Made by a program: the position numbers and the translations under genes. A stretch of 64,000 nt of DNA. It comes from Trichosphaerium sp. ATCC 40318. Its lineage: Eukaryota > Protista > Tubulinea. Each line of letters opens with the position of its first letter. Position 1 is the first letter of the stretch. Below, one piece after another: positions 1 through 12,814 of the stretch. A model generated the notes under the pieces. The model ran no database searches. It saw only the letters and a list, made by a program, of their open reading frames with translations, and was not told the DNA's origin. Location of the stretch: positions 1 to 64,000 of the forward strand of contig JALMLS010000196.1 in assembly GCA_038496445.1 (NCBI GenBank). The letters run 5' to 3'.

Positions 1-297
1 CAGGCACGTGTTTTTTTGGACCATTCACACTCTGTCTTTATTGCGTTCTAGTTTCTCTCAGGGGGTCCTAACCTTTGCGCAAACTGTAGGAGAATGCACC
101 TTGTTGAAAAAAGCGCGTTTAAGCTTACCTATGTGTCCGAAAAAACATCACAATCACATGTTAGAAATATCTGTATCTCCGCAATTTAAAGGACATGCGT
201 ATGTACGGGCCTGTACGTTTGTACAAACAGCGCAAAAGCCACAGTTCACAAATTGTGCTACAAAAAAACACTTAGTATCTGCTCAACCAAACAAACA

Positions 298-2607
298 ATG
301 AAGCTCGTCTTGCTCCTAGCCCTCCTATTTGCGGTCACAACCGCACAAGTCTCGTCGCTATTTGATGACTTTACGACCTTCAGTACCATCGACGCCAACG
401 CAAACATGCTTACTGCCACAACAACTGCCAGCAACCCTAATATCTTGGGTACCAGGCGTGATCTTTCACTTACCGTCCAACCAGGAAGCAACCCCGCTCT
501 TGAAGCTTCTTGTACTATTGTAGGCGGGTTCTTTGCTCTCAGTACTGACGTATCGGTCGTTGGAGCCTGTACCGCCAGCTATAATGGTCCAGATGACATG
601 GGTTTCGACACTCCTGTCAATTACAATGCATTCGGATGCGGTACGTACCTTTAATAGGTAGAACACCACTTTCGGTTTAGTGTCTATCTCGGTCATAAGA
701 TTCTTTGTGTTTTGGTTTTTTTAAACGTCTTTCGCTTCGTTATACGCTATTACATTAGATTCGCGAGTAAGCGAATGAAAAAATATTTTGGTCAATCTGT
801 CCGCCAGGTTATTTATCAATCTTTGTTTTTTACTTCTTGGTTGGCTTTTTGTTTACCCCTTGCGTAGATTGCTGGAACATGAGGATTATCGAGTCAGACA
901 ACAATGTTGGCTTCGAGATCACAGCAAATAGCCGCGACTTCGGTCCTCAAACATCAAGCCTCATGTTGGCAGTTGATATTTCTGACCCTCTTGATGTCTG
1001 TATTCCTTTTGAAGGCGACCGCGAAGCATACAATGACATTATCGGTGTTGACTTTCAGATTGAAGGAAGAGTCGCAAATGTCGACGTCAACCTACAATCT
1101 GTATGTTGTCAGCCTTCTGTAACTTGCGTGTAAGTACTTTTATCATCGCTCCAAATCTCCGAAGTTGTTCTCTTAACCAATCTTTTTTCTCACTTTTGTT
1201 TACCTAGCCACTCTATCACTGGCTTGAACGGTGCTGATGTCGATAACTTGATTGTTGGCGATGATATCAAATTGTCAATAATGTGCAGAAACTACGAATC
1301 TCAACCTGCTGATCTTCAAGACATCACAGTATCTTTCCCATTTGACAGTGGTTTTGGTGTTTTGGATGCTGGTTCCATCATGTGCGATGGTGATGTTGAT
1401 GTACGTATTTATATTTACTTCTTGTTTCAACGTTTCATTTCACGTTTCTCTTCACGTTTTCTCACTTTATTTTTCAGCCAATTTCTCCAGGAGTTGTCAA
1501 CAACGCTCTTGAGTTCCAAGCTTCTCTCATTGATGGTGAATCCATCAACTGTATGGTCGATGTCGCTTTGATCGCAGGTGGATCAGTCGATAATATCGCT
1601 GCAAATATCTTCACCAGCCAAGGAGATCCAAGATTCCCATTCCAATCCAATACTGATATTGACAGGCACGCCTCTTTGAAACAAAATTATTTTACCCATT
1701 CATTAACATTATGTTTAGACAAGGAACTCTTGAGTTTTGTGAACTTCCAGTACCTGCCAGTCTCGTAATTATCGATCCACCAACCACGTTACCTCCTACC
1801 ACGCGTCCTCCAACGACCCTACCTCCAACTACACTACCACCAACAACTGAGCCTCCAACAACAGAACCACCAACTACAGAGCCTCCAACAACTCAACCTC
1901 CAACAACTTTACCACCAACCACTTTACCACCTACAACTCTGCCTCCAACAACTTTGCCACCAACTACATTGCCACCTACAACGGAGGTACGTACTAAAAC
2001 AACAATTTTTTTTTTCGTGGTGGTTTATTCCTTGTAGCCTCCTACAACGGAACCCCCAACAACGGAGCCACCAACTACTGAACCTCCTACAACCGAGCCT
2101 CCTACAACGGAGCCTCCAACTACTGAACCTCCAACAACGGAGGTATCTTTATTTTTGGTTTCTTTCTCATCCTCTTACTAAATACTTTTTTAGCCTCCTA
2201 CCACACAACCTCCAACAACTCTCCCTCCAACCACATTGCCACCTACCACACTACCACCAACTACTTTACCTCCAACAACTCTACCTCCAACAACCTTGCC
2301 ACCAACTACATTGCCACCTACAACCGTACCACCAACACCAGTGCGCTTTGTGTGTGTTTCTCCTCGTATCATCAATGGAGAGTGCGAGTACGTCTACAAC
2401 TACAATACTTGAATATTTTTATTTCAAATACTGACTTTTATTGTTTTCTTTAGTTGTCAAACATTCCCTTGTTTCGAAGCAGATGATGGAAGCAATTCTT
2501 TCAGATGTGAGACTGATGAATGGTACTGTTGGTTCGTCGCCAGAATACCAGCTTCAGGTCGTTTCCAAGTCGGATACCGTGGACAAATGTGCTACTGTGA
2601 GATTTAG
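298..2607 (+). CDS. Secreted/surface protein A: signal peptide, Cys-containing acidic N-terminal domains, about 30 PPTTx mucin-like repeats, small Cys-rich C-terminal domain (multi-exon)
   Basis: ATG 298 MKLVLLLALLFAVTTAQ; exons joined in frame at GT-AG introns (e.g. 642-868, 1987-2037, 2143-2193) and one GC-AG intron (1666-1718); ends ...GQMCYCEI TAG 2607; clear paralog at 9618-11486. Confidence 0.85.
1778..2340 (+). repeat. Coding 15-nt tandem repeat (PPTT[L/E/Q/R/V]), about 30 units over three exons
   Basis: Direct translation gives 14 + 7 + 9 units; third codon positions are degenerate. Confidence 0.95.
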
Positions 2608-2736
2608 ACAAATGCGCCGTGATACTTTCGAACTTCAAACATAAATTACAATACAGTAATAAACAAATTCTCATGTATTATGTTAAGTTTCTTGCCAGCG
2701 CAGATTTTTATTTGAAATTTTCGTTTTGGTTAGTGT

Positions 2737-3996
2737 TTATCCTCTTTCATTGCGTCTGCCCATCCAATGGCATCTATATGATGTAGCCTTGAATCCACAA
2801 GACTCATGTAGGCGTATAGATGCTTTGTTATAAGGAGAAACAAAGCTGTATGGTGTGGCTGTACGACTAAAGTCAGTGCCAACTGGAACAGTAAACTCTG
2901 TTGTTTGTGTTGATATCCTTGCTGCAAGCAGCTTAACAACCATCTTACCCAATCCAAGACTTCGCCACTTTTCTTTTACATGAAGTTGTCCAATAGAAAA
3001 ATCAACTTTTGTGAGCACCCATGCAACAATCTGTTTTTCACCTGTGCTGTCATTGACTGCACGAATACAAACACAAGGACGCAATCTAGACCGTTTCAGT
3101 CCTTATACCATGATAACATCACTGGGAAATAAAGACGACGTACGTTATGTGTTGCTTGGTACACCGTAAAGAAATACTTGAGTGGAATTGCCACAGTTTA
3201 TCAATATCTATTGCGTCTGCTTCTGCATTTGGTGTATCAACAATAAAATGGTGATCGTTGATAGCAGGCAAACGAAACTTGTTGCTTTTATCACGTAAAT
3301 CATTGCTTAATTCTATGACCTTCTTCTGTACTTCAATTGGCATGGTGTAGAGAATATACTCATTATTAAAACTTGGGCAATTAAGGTCGGGGTTCCTTTA
3401 CAACAAGTCAGCAAGAGACAAACCGTACAAGACTTTTATGTTCGTACGCAATGTTCCATGCACCTACTTTTGGAGCAATGTCACTTGGTATTGCTGAAAA
3501 AACTATTCTATAAACTGCTCACATTAAAAAAAAAGTCACGTGATATGACAAGTTTGTTTTGAATACTCACCTCCCTTTGTATCCAAGTATGACAACAATT
3601 CGTCAACATACGAAGGGGTTGTAAAAACCCTTGTATTATTATCCTTAATGGGGCTTGTCAGGTTAAAGTAGGCTTAGTCACTATGGTACCGTTGTAGTAA
3701 AGAGTACGAGGCCTATTTCGATTTGTAAATTTAAGGTCAAGTCATAAACAAATTCGTGCCTTTGATTTTTCCATCTTTTGAAATCGTGTGATACGATCCA
3801 TTGGCAGCTAGACCATCGAATGTAAAAGAGATCGAGCTGTAGAGCATCAATGGACAGTATAGTTGTGGTACCAACTCATTAAGCACTTTTTGAGCATCCA
3901 CACGCGTAAACTTACGTCCTACTGCAATATTAGCTGAATTAACCTTTATCAAGCAGTACCGTTTGAAATTGTTGCTAAATGGCGCTTGTTAGACAT
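2737..3996 (-). CDS. GNAT-family acetyltransferase (glycine N-acyltransferase/FR47-like), multi-exon
   Basis: C-terminal exon has IGQLHVKEKWRSLGLGKMVV (acetyl-CoA motif A) and NKASIRLHESCGF; upstream exons joined by eye from a putative ATG at 3996, including GC-AG intron 3759-3713; start uncertain. Confidence 0.7.
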
Positions 3997-5393
3997 TGTA
4001 TGTTATGGTAATTGCTGTTAATACGCTGTACAAGTATTAACTTTATTAGGTCAAGTGGCAAACTTGCTACCTTAATCACTGAACTAGAGCCACAATGAAA
4101 GCATTCCACATATATGTAGTAAACGCGAAAACCATTGTTTACAAAAGCACTTCCGCCATAAAAGGAAAGTAGCAACGTACACGCCTTGAGCGCTGGTTTA
4201 ATGATATACCTTAGTTTCGTCAAAGGTATATCAAGCTCCGGTTAGGTGGCAACAGAAGTTATATACGTTGTTCTGCAGTTATTGACCTAGGTTATCACGA
4301 AGTTTAGATAACTGTTCATTTTTTCAACACAAAAACGTGCCAGCCAAAATGAATCATTCACACCTTGTGTAAGGATATTAATATGAATACCTGATGCATT
4401 GAATGTCGGTTTTTATTTTCCAGTGACCTATGCTAACAACATAACATTAGTATAGAGCAGTAAACCATGAATGGCAACTAAATCTCATTAACAAAGTCCA
4501 CTTTTGAGGAACTCTATTGGGAGTTTACTTTTTAAATAAAGACCAGCGAGGCTATTAAATACAACCACTTACATCTACCCAAAGCGACGAGAACAACAAT
4601 GACAATAAAGGTTGTTTTTTTTTGTTGGCAATTGAAAAAGGTGGTTTTGTAGCAACATGTAACTTTGCATGCTATCGTGGGCGCACTGTCAATGTATTAG
4701 TGTAATAAAGCAGAACTAAGAGAGGTGTCAAAAGACTATATTGCCTTGTGCAAACAAAGCCAAAGTACAAGCTTGTAACTATTGTCATAGATAGATAAAA
4801 AAGGGTCATAAGCAGTTGCGATGCAGTTTAGCGCCAAGCGCTAGTTCGAATTGTGTTACTGCAAACAAGAATAAAAGAAAAATCAAGCGTAGAGTCTTAA
4901 TTTTATACAGTGACTTCCCGGTCACGAATTTATTCGTAAAACTCAAAGTACTTGCTTCACTTTATAATATGTGTTACGTTTTCAGAAGTTGTGCGAGTAT
5001 ACCGCTACATACCAACAAAGCATCAGAGTAAATTCGATCACGTGTATTTGTTTTCGTGAGTTATTTATGACGAAACAATACCACATAAATCAGAATCTTC
5101 ACAAAGGTGCATGTAACAATACGGTGTAGTGCTGTTTTGTTTTTTATAATATAATTTATCCGACACCATCTGTTCACGTGTCAACCACCTGAATCGCTGT
5201 TTCTCTCGTATAACTCGCGGTGTATACCCCCGCGAACTCGGTCAACGCAATAACGACCCACCCGAGTCATAAAACAGGCGCTAGTAGAACGTTAAGAACA
5301 CGCATAAACGCACATTTTCTAGCGGATTTACGCTAGAAATGGCCCATAAAAATAAACCAACAACAAGAGATACAACAGTTCGTACACTAAAAT

Positions 5394-7959
5394 ATGAATC
5401 TAACAGCACGACTATGTGTTGTCTTATTATGCGCAACGCTTGTAAGCGCTGCGTGGAGACCTATACACCCAGGTGGCGGTGGTATGATTCAAGGTGCGTA
5501 CAACGTTTTCTGTTATCACGTGGGCTACTTTTTCTTACTTTTGGTTAAGGCTTCGATTTCGACTACAAAAACGGAAGGGCGTTCTTCCATTCTGATATGG
5601 AGGGAACGAGCGTATCAAACAATAGAGGAGCTTCGTTCAAATCCACTGGTGCTGCTCAACAGTATGGTATGCATAGCTATGCTGCAGCTATTGATCCTAC
5701 AAATTCGAACACTGTTTTTTCTGTTGGTATACTTGGGATGGATAAATCTTATGACGGCGGACAGACTTGGCGTCCTGTACCAGAGCTTAAGAATATTGCT
5801 CATAGTTGTATCGCATATGATCCTAAAGATAGAAGTAGGATATATGCTGGTCACGGATGGAACAATCGCGACAATCGCATGCAAGCACCTCAAAACGGAC
5901 CACAGTCCTTGACAGGCAAATTTCAAATCGCGTACAGTTTCAACCGTGGTAACAACTTCGCCTTCTCAACATATCAAGCAGGCACGTTAAATAAAAGCTC
6001 GCCCTTTCGATATATCATTTATCATCCAGTAGTTCCAATTAAAGTTTTGTTTTTTCAAAAAAACACGTGAAAAAAAAAAGCGTTGGTCATGCTTATGGAT
6101 TTTAGGCACTGGTCGGAATGAGATTCATAGTATTGCTGTTAGTGGTATAGACAAGAAGGTATATATTGGTGGAGATGCTGGCGTTTTCGTAGGCGTACCT
6201 GATCCAGGGAACAATAGAATTAACTGGCAAAAAATAACTCATCCAAACAACGCTCCTTCAGCATCTAATGGAGTAGTGCTTGCTAAAGACGGAGCCTTTT
6301 TGTTCTCTGTTCATGGATCAAATCTATACGGTATTCCAGTATGGCAAGTTTCCAATAGAAACAATTGGGTGAAGCTAAGCGTAGGATTGCCTCAAGGGCG
6401 TCCGTATTGGAGACCAAAGATTGATCCAAGAGACACGGGAGATCAATGGCATATCATCATAGGAGGCAAGTTTGGTAAACCTGCTGGACTCATGGGGCTA
6501 CATGAAGGTATTGTCAAATGGCAAGCAGGATTAAAGATGGTATCTCCTTTCAAGCAAGTATTCAATCAACGCTATTTTCCTTTGAACGCTCCAGCAAACA
6601 AGAAGTTTAACTACGATGAAGGATGGGTTACTACTCAAGCAAAATCAAACCATTATAACTATGTACCTACTCAATGGGGCCTATCCGGTAGACGTGTTTG
6701 GGTGTCGAGTGATGAAGGCGTATACGAGGGTGACTTGAACGCAAACGTATACACGACTTGGAAGCCTGTTTATACAAGAAAACACAACAACGGAAATACT
6801 TATAAATCAGTCGGTTTCGAGTCAACGTTCAATTGGGATATGGCAGGTACTGGTAACCTCATTGTACAGGGGATGGCTGATAACGGTTTCGTATTCAGTA
6901 CGAATAACGGCGTTTCCTGGAAACAAGAAAAAGCTCCTCAGGTCAACGACTGCACTGTTGTCGAGCTTATAAACTCTGGTACAGGTGTTATCATTTCTGG
7001 AGGTACTTCAGGATACGGAGGAGGAACACCACAAATGCCAGGAAGACTATACTCAAGAAAGGTTAACGGAGGTAAAAACGGATTCAACGGAGGATTCCGT
7101 CTTATTGGCGGAGGAGGAAACGGCGGCTTTGGTATGAAGCACAACACAAATGGTCAAGGATGGCGTCCTTATACTGCTGCTCAAGATCCTCATAATGGAA
7201 ATCGCGTCTACGTCGGTACAGAGGGAGGTGTATACTTTTCAAACAACATTCAAGGTCTTATCAATGGTAACGTAAACTCTGGAAGCTCGAGCTGGAACAG
7301 ACTTGGCGGTGCCGCTTTTTCTTCTATTAAAAAGGTGCTACTAGATCCAAGGCAGGGTGGAAGACTCTATGTTTCAAAGGGAAGGTTTCTATCGCGTTAA
7401 CAACGCTCCAAACAGTCCTCAATGGACTACGCTTAGCGGAAGGATAAATGGAGGTCAGGGAACACGTGCTTGTGGTGCTTGTGCTGGAGTTGACTTTACA
7501 GTTTGGGTTCACGGTGGCGCTACGTATGTTGCCATTGGTACAAGTGACGGCAAGGTTTACATCTCAAAAGACGCTGGAAACAACTTTGACATTGTCCTTA
7601 ATCCTGCGCTTGCTAGACAGAAGCATCCACAATCCAGAGAACCTTGGTACCAAAACGGCGATTACTTTACAACTGGATCAATCGTTGGGTTCCAGAATAA
7701 CCTATTTTATTGCTATGGAGGTCCTAGACAGCATGGATATGCTTGTCTTAAAGGTTTCATAAATCAACAAGATAATAATTCTCCGTTCAATGGCGCACGT
7801 GTTCCTGTAAGATGGAATGATTGGACAGGAACAGGTAATAACAAGATGAAGTATCCTGCATCTAGAAGAATGAAAATACTGAGAAACGGTAACGTGAACT
7901 ATGTTGGTGTAGCAACAAGTGGTATGGGACTATGGAGGAGACCTGTAGGTGATACCTAA
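5394..7959 (+). CDS. Secreted BNR/Asp-box beta-propeller protein, GH74 (xyloglucanase)-like; apparent 1-nt frameshift near 7380
   Basis: Signal peptide; WRPIHPGGGGMIQG...HSDMEG resembles the GH74 N-terminal GGGG...TDxGG segment; Asp-boxes SYDGGQTW, SFNRGNNF, STNNGVSW, SKDAGNNF; introns 5494-5549 and 5982-6105. Confidence 0.7.
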
Positions 7960-8319
7960 AAAAAATAAAAGAACTTAATCCTTAAACTTGTCACGTTTTG
8001 GTAAATCTTGCTTGAAAAAGGTTAATTTCGCGCTAATACTCCAAGACTAGATGCATGCAATATTTTGTACAACTTGTAAGCGTTGTAAGGTTACATCATA
8101 CGGATGCCATTGGATGCGCAATGAAAAAGGACTACCAAAACGAAAGTGTCAAATAAACCGAAATGCCGAAGCAGTACATGCTTCGATTGTTTCTTAATCT
8201 TTTGTGTGTTACTTTATTTCTTATTTTATGTTTAATTTTGTATCTCTCCTGGTACTGGTAGTTTATGTTTTGAATATCTTGCTTTACTTCTGTATTTGAT
8301 TTGTTTTCTACTAAAAGAT

Positions 8320-9349
8320 CTATTTGCATTTTGCTGTTGTTTTGGTTTATTTATCTTAAAAAACTGACCGTCGTCCTTAGCTTTAACAACAACAGACTCC
8401 ATACTAACCTAAAACAAATCACTATTTAGCTATCTAAAAAGACAACGATGCTAATACTTGACAGTCATAGCTTGTCTAGTAAGAAAAAAACAAGAAATAC
8501 AAAACTCATAGACATACCCCGTCCCAAGAAAGTATTAGTTCTTCATGTATTTCATTAGATTGATAGTGATATCTACTACCATTAATTATTCTTCTCTGTC
8601 TATTACCAACATCATCAATAATATAAGTATTAGGTATTTGAACACGTCTGCATCCTCCTCCTTTTCTCTTGCTTTTTTTAAAAACTTGATAACTAGGTTC
8701 TAAATGAAATAGAAACTCTCGTTGTCTACCATGTGGCCACTGCATCAAACAAAGGCCAAGACCTAGCCTATAAGGCCCTTTTTTCCTTTAAAACAGACAC
8801 GTCAATGATAATAACAACACGTGTTGGTGATGTCAAGTATGCGAACCATTCTTGTTTAGGTATTTGCAAAGATATGACGCAGATGTGTTTCTTTTCTCTA
8901 ACCTTGTTTACATACTCACCAGTAAAGAGAGTAGTCAGGCGAAGCAATTGAAGTCTTTCATACACAAAATCGTCTGAGACAGAATGACACCATGTATTTT
9001 TAAGCGCCATGTAGGCTACTATAGCAATGGTTAGTAATCGACAATTTCGGCTTTTGTTTTTGCAGACTTAATGGAAAAGCTTAAGGTGCGTAAGAAAGTG
9101 TTTTGGAGCGTCACACAGCGTGTCTGACGTTGGGCTTGTTTATACTTGACTTTCAACAGAATTGCCCTTATGTTGTTGATATCACAGTGTTAAAATGGAC
9201 GTACGCTTGTCAGAGTAGTTAAGAATATTGTTTACAAGTATACAAGCCGCTTTAAAGCGACATAAAGTTATAAAATCACAACGCTCTCCTAACAGCGTTA
9301 GAACTTCCGGAGGAAGTTCTGTAAGTAAGATAGAGTGCGTCAGCGACAT
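8320..9349 (-). CDS. F-box domain protein (multi-exon)
   Basis: MSLTHSILLTELPPEVLTLLGERCDFITLCRFKAAC is an F-box-like motif; a GTACGT intron (about 9204-9019) joins it in frame to ORF 8768-9010 and then to 8506-8748; 3' end uncertain. Confidence 0.55.
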
Positions 9350-9617
9350 GTTGTTAAACAAATGAACCAAGATGGTTTCACAGAACGAGAGCAGTCCTTG
9401 TCTTTCCAGTCGGTGAGAAACTGCGAAAAACATCGGAAATAAACACCCAAGGTTTGTTGTGTAGTGCTTCTGTCCAGTGTTTCCAAACACTGAATGCAAG
9501 ATTGTAGAATGGGTAGAGTGAGAGAATGAGATTTGTTGATTCATCACTTGTAGAGTAAAAAAAAGGATCTTTATTTTTGGTTCAGGTTTGATTATCTTTA
9601 AATTGTGGTTCTGTTGT

Positions 9618-11486
9618 TTAAATCTCACAGTAGCACATTTGTCCACGGTATGAAACTCTGAAACGACCTGAAGCTGGTACTCTGGCGACAAACCAACAGT
9701 ACCATTCATCAGTCTCACATCTGAAAGAATTGCTTCCATCAGTAGCTTCGAAACAAGGGAATGTTTGACAACTGAAAAAATAAAGTAAGTATCTTACTTT
9801 CATGTTGAAGTGGTGGACTTACTCGCATTCACCGTTAATAATACGAGGAGCAACGCATACAAAACGTATTGGTGGAAGTGTAGTTGGTGGTAATGTAGTA
9901 GGTGGTAATGTCGTTGGAGGGAGCGTAGTTGGTGGCAAAGTAGTTGGTGGAAGTGTAGTTGGTGGAAGGGTTGTTGGTGGAAGCGTTGTTGGAGGTTCCG
10001 TAGTTGGGGGCAAGGTAGTAGGAGGATCGACAACAACAATATTGGAAGGTACTGGAAGCTCGCAAAATTCGAGACTACCTTGTCTAAACAAAAGGTTAAC
10101 GGAAATGCCTTACAGGTAGAAACTAATTTTAAAGTAAAAGGTGGTGTAGTACCTGTCAACGTCTGCATTAGATTTAAATGGAAAGTTTGAATCACCTTGG
10201 CTGGTGAAGATATTTGCAGCGATATCGCTAATTGATCCACCTGCAATCAAACTGACGTTGACCATGCAGTTGATGGATTCACCATCAATGAGAGAAGCTT
10301 GGAACTCAAGAGCGTTGTTGACAACTCCTGGAGAAATTGGCTGAAAAATAAAGTGAGAAACGTGAAGAGAAACGTTGAAACAAGAAGTAAATATAAAATA
10401 CGTACATCAACATCACCATTGCACATGATGGTACCAGCGTCCAGAGTACCAAAACCACTATCAAATGGGAAAGATACTGTGATTTCTTGAAGATCAGCAG
10501 GTTGAGATTCGTAGTTTCTGCACATTATTGACAATTTGATATCATCGCCGACAACCAAGTTATCGATATCAGCTCCATCCAAACCAGTGATAGTGTGGCT
10601 AGGTAAATAAAAGTCAAAAAAAAGATTGGTTAAGAGAATACAACTTCGGAGCTTTGGAGCGATGGGTAAAAGTACTTACACGCAACTTACAGAAGGCTGA
10701 CAACATACAGATTGTAAGTTGACGTCGACATTTGCGACTCTTCCTTCAATCTGGAAGTCAACACCGATGACATCAGCGTAAGCAGCACGCTCGCCCTCAA
10801 AAGGAACGCAGACATCAAGAGGGTCAGAAATATCAACTGCCAACATGAAACTTGATGTTCGACGGCCGAGTGACTGACTATCAACTGTGATAGCGAAACC
10901 AACATTGTTATCAGACTGAATAATACGAAGATTCCAACAGTCTAAAGAGAAAAAAGAAAATTAGCTGATTTGAAGTTTATCACGTGATTCAAAAAAAAAA
11001 GATAAAACTTTTTTTCGAAGAACAATTAACCATTTGAGGCTTTTTGTAACGTTCCCAAAAAAACGCCGATTTGTTCACCAGTACCCAAGAAGAAATCAAA
11101 AAATAAATTATGTTAATCTTGCTTGAGATCCAAAAAAAACACGTACCACAACCAAATGCGTTGTAATCGACGGGTGTTACAAACCCAGTACCATCCGCAC
11201 CATTATAACTAGCGGTACAGTCGCCAATAACTGATACATCAGTGCTAAGAGCAAAGAACCCACCTGTAATGACGCAAGAGGCACCAAGAGCGTTGTCACT
11301 TCCTGTTGATCGCGTAACAGTAAGATTACGCCTTGTACCCAATATATTTGGGTCTGTAACTATTTCAGAGACAACAGGGTTATTTTCATCAGCTTCGATG
11401 GCGGTGGTGACTCTAAAGTCATCAAATAACGAACTCTGCGCGTTGGCAAGTAGAACGAGAGCAGAGAGAAGGAGGAAGAGCTTCAT
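9618..11486 (-). CDS. Secreted/surface protein B, paralog of 298-2607 with 10 PPTTx repeats
   Basis: Signal peptide MKLFLLLSALVLLANAQ; same intron positions as copy A outside the repeat; same C-terminus GQMCYCEI. Confidence 0.85.
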
Positions 11487-12814
11487 TCTTCGTATTCAGC
11501 CGGCTGTAAACACAATAAAAAAAATTTTTGAGGCTTTAAGAACACAACGCGGGTTTGTGATTGTGTTGTTTAGAAACGTTATTTGGTTTCCCCTATAAAT
11601 ATGGTATCTAATGGTGTAATTTTTGGAGATTAGCACGTGAGTATATCTCAAACAGAGGGAGACTTGTGATTGTGAAGATTTGGGGTTTTTTCTCCTTCTT
11701 CTGTCTCCGGATTGCTTTGTATCTTTTATTTTTGTTTTAGAACTAATTGTGTGTATTCTTAATTGGGAAGCGTATTGATCATGTTTGATCTTGTGGTGAT
11801 TACCACAAAAAAAAGTGAACCCCACAAAAGTAGGAAACTCTAAATGTTATTTTCTAGCTTTATATTAACGTAAAACCGGACAGCCAGAGTGCTTTCTTTT
11901 TGGTACCGAAAAAACGTGTTTTTGAGTCTGAGTGGTACGGCAACACGTACTAAAGTGGTACAATTGTAGTTTATCTTTTGAGCGCTAATCCTGGTCAACG
12001 CAGTCGAAGCACTCTTTCGATGAAAACATAATAACATTAGCACTCTTAAGTCATAAAAAGGTCTACTTGTTTCTTCCAGAAATGCAAAGATTCCTTAAAT
12101 ATTTCTTTTTCCGTTCCAACAAAGACACCAGTTATTTCACTAAGTTTATCAGCAATTAACAAAAACGTGCGCTCATGTATACTACACTCATATTATGCTT
12201 ACCAATATTATTGTTGTTAGGAGCAGGGAGTAAGCGGATGGAAACAATTTAAAATAAAAGCAAATATTCGATAACAGAGATGTTATTCCAGACTGTGCTG
12301 TGCTTTGATTCTACCTGTGAAGTGACGCTTGTTCTTGTGGACATATTTGTTTGTGTTACCATTGCTCAAGGAAAATACACAAATGTCCAATGTGAGCGTC
12401 GATCAATGAAACAAAAATTTTACTTTTCTTAGCCCTTTTGCACCTTTGGCAAGAGAATTGTATGTTAAAAAAATCCACCTTGGGGCTTTCTTGAACTGGT
12501 ATGTACTTATTAGAAAGAAATAAGAGTAGAGTTCACTAGCTATTAACCTCGGAATTAGTTTGTTAAGGAAGTATTTCAAACTTATTGGGGTTTTTTTGCA
12601 CTGTGCTTTAGCAGTAGCTAACTGTCACAACGTGGTTTTCATATTGAGTGTATCAGAACTACGTATACTTGGCCTAGGGAATCTACGGTGACTTTTGTTG
12701 CATTGTCGCCAAAGGACGGTATTCTCTAAGATTTTTTTTATTTTGTATTTGCTTTTGTCTTGTTTGCCTTACGTCTTTTTATCAAAAATCCAATAAATAT
12801 TATCTTTTTTTTGT

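Noticed and set aside
1778-2340. Regular short repeats as a CRISPR array or satellite
   Set aside because: 15-nt units without spacers, with synonymous variation, encoding PPTTx in frame
7375-7382. -1 programmed frameshift at A AAG GGA
   Set aside because: The -1 frame stops within about 20 codons; the downstream ORF needs +1 (or -2)
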